A stretch of DNA of 64,000 bases from Planctomycetota bacterium. Its GTDB lineage: Bacteria > Planctomycetota > UBA8108 > SXIK01. The notes beneath the pieces were generated by a model. That model worked only from the letters and a program-made list of their open reading frames with translations, was not told the DNA's origin and searched no databases. Location: the NCBI GenBank assembly GCA_965223265.1, contig OZ244999.1, forward strand, positions 4,544,001 to 4,608,000. Reading direction: 5' to 3'. Positions 63,345-64,000 of the stretch are shown here, piece after piece. A program made the position numbers and the translations under genes. The stretch's first letter is position 1. Each line of letters opens with the position of its first letter.

Positions 63345-63920
63345 TCACCGTCGGGCAAGGGCTCGCGAACGAATCGAAATTGCCGAGACGGTCGTGCTGA
63401 AGGAGAGGGTGGCGGTACTCCACCGGAGGGTCATGCGTTCAGTCCCATTCGAGAGAACTTGCCCTTTGGTGAACACAAGACGCCAACCATCCTTTTCAGG
63501 AAATGGGTGCTTCTGCGAATCAAACGATCCACGTTCTATCGCGTCGCCTTTCGCATCGACGAATCGGATCTCGTACGATTCGAGGAGCGATCCTTGGTCC
63601 GACGAGACGAATCGGGCAGCGAACGGATCTGTCCACTGTTCGGTCGTTCCCCCGACGCCCCACCAAATCGCTCCGCGCAGCTCTATTAGTCGCGGAGCCG
63701 ACACCTCAATGTTGTCGGTGATGAGGTCGTCAATCCAACGCTCCTTACTCCATCGCCCGTCCGACGCCAGGAGGCTATCAAGAAGCCGAGAGACGGCGCT
63801 GCACATCCAACGGCGGCGATCTTCAGTGATCTCGTCATCGCGATGAGCCAGGCAATCGAAGTATCGACTGATATGCTCAGCCGCCTTGCTTTCGATCGCA
63901 TTGTGGTCCAGGCGGTTCAT
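63345..63920 (-). CDS. Hypothetical protein (probable island cargo)
   Basis: ATG 63920 lies 2 nt past an upstream TAG; Trp-rich globular composition. Confidence 0.55.
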   Translation of the reverse strand: MNRLDHNAIESKAAEHISRYFDCLAHRDDEITEDRRRWMCSAVSRLLDSLLASDGRWSKERWIDDLITDNIEVSAPRLIELRGAIWWGVGGTTEQWTDPFAARFVSSDQGSLLESYEIRFVDAKGDAIERGSFDSQKHPFPEKDGWRLVFTKGQVLSNGTERMTLRWSTATLSFSTTVSAISIRSRALARR

Positions 63921-63922
63921 CG

Positions 63923-64000
63923 CTACCAGCCGATCTCGCTGTCGCTCGCGTCCTGCCCGAAGGTGATGCGTGGCGTGTTGGTAAGGTCTGCGTCGCACTG
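63923..64000 (-). CDS. 3' end of a gene entering from the right edge
   Basis: Open frame ...QCDADLTNTPRITFGQDASDSEIGW* ending in TAG just before the ATG at 63920. Confidence 0.35.
   Translation of the reverse strand, partial: QCDADLTNTPRITFGQDASDSEIGW

Overview
GC-rich bacterial chromosome segment, most consistent with Planctomycetota (inferred from dockerin-type C-termini, RpoB/RpoA signatures and r-protein gene order). 1-8.3 kb (- strand): three paralogous secreted cohesin-like/dockerin-type proteins, an alpha/beta-hydrolase lipoprotein carrying an in-frame hexamer array, and a PpiC-type foldase. 8.8-42.8 kb (- strand): the core translation/transcription supercluster (tRNA-Thr/Tyr/Gly/Thr, tuf, tRNA-Trp, secE, nusG, rplKAJL, rpoBC, rpsLG, a divergent fusA, and the S10/spc/alpha genes, lacking rpmD, adk and rpsD). 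43-48 kb: cysS, ispF, ispD (divergent from ispF), a dgt-like gene and an RlmJ-like gene. 48.4-49.5 kb: an unusual cassette in which a four-helix-bundle (Avd/IVP-like) gene is flanked by GTAG-tagged hairpin repeats and inverted hexamer arrays. 49.5-61.4 kb: a Ni/Co ECF transporter (cbiM-L-Q-O) with a MITE between cbiM and cbiL, a catalytically degenerate signal-peptidase-I homolog, an FG-GAP protein, amtB, an FGE-sulfatase-domain protein and a large helical-repeat protein. 61.7-64 kb: tRNA-Gly(CCC), a divergently oriented tyrosine integrase and probable island genes. All calls come from reading the sequence and motif recognition; no database searches were run, and start codons were adjusted by eye where stated.
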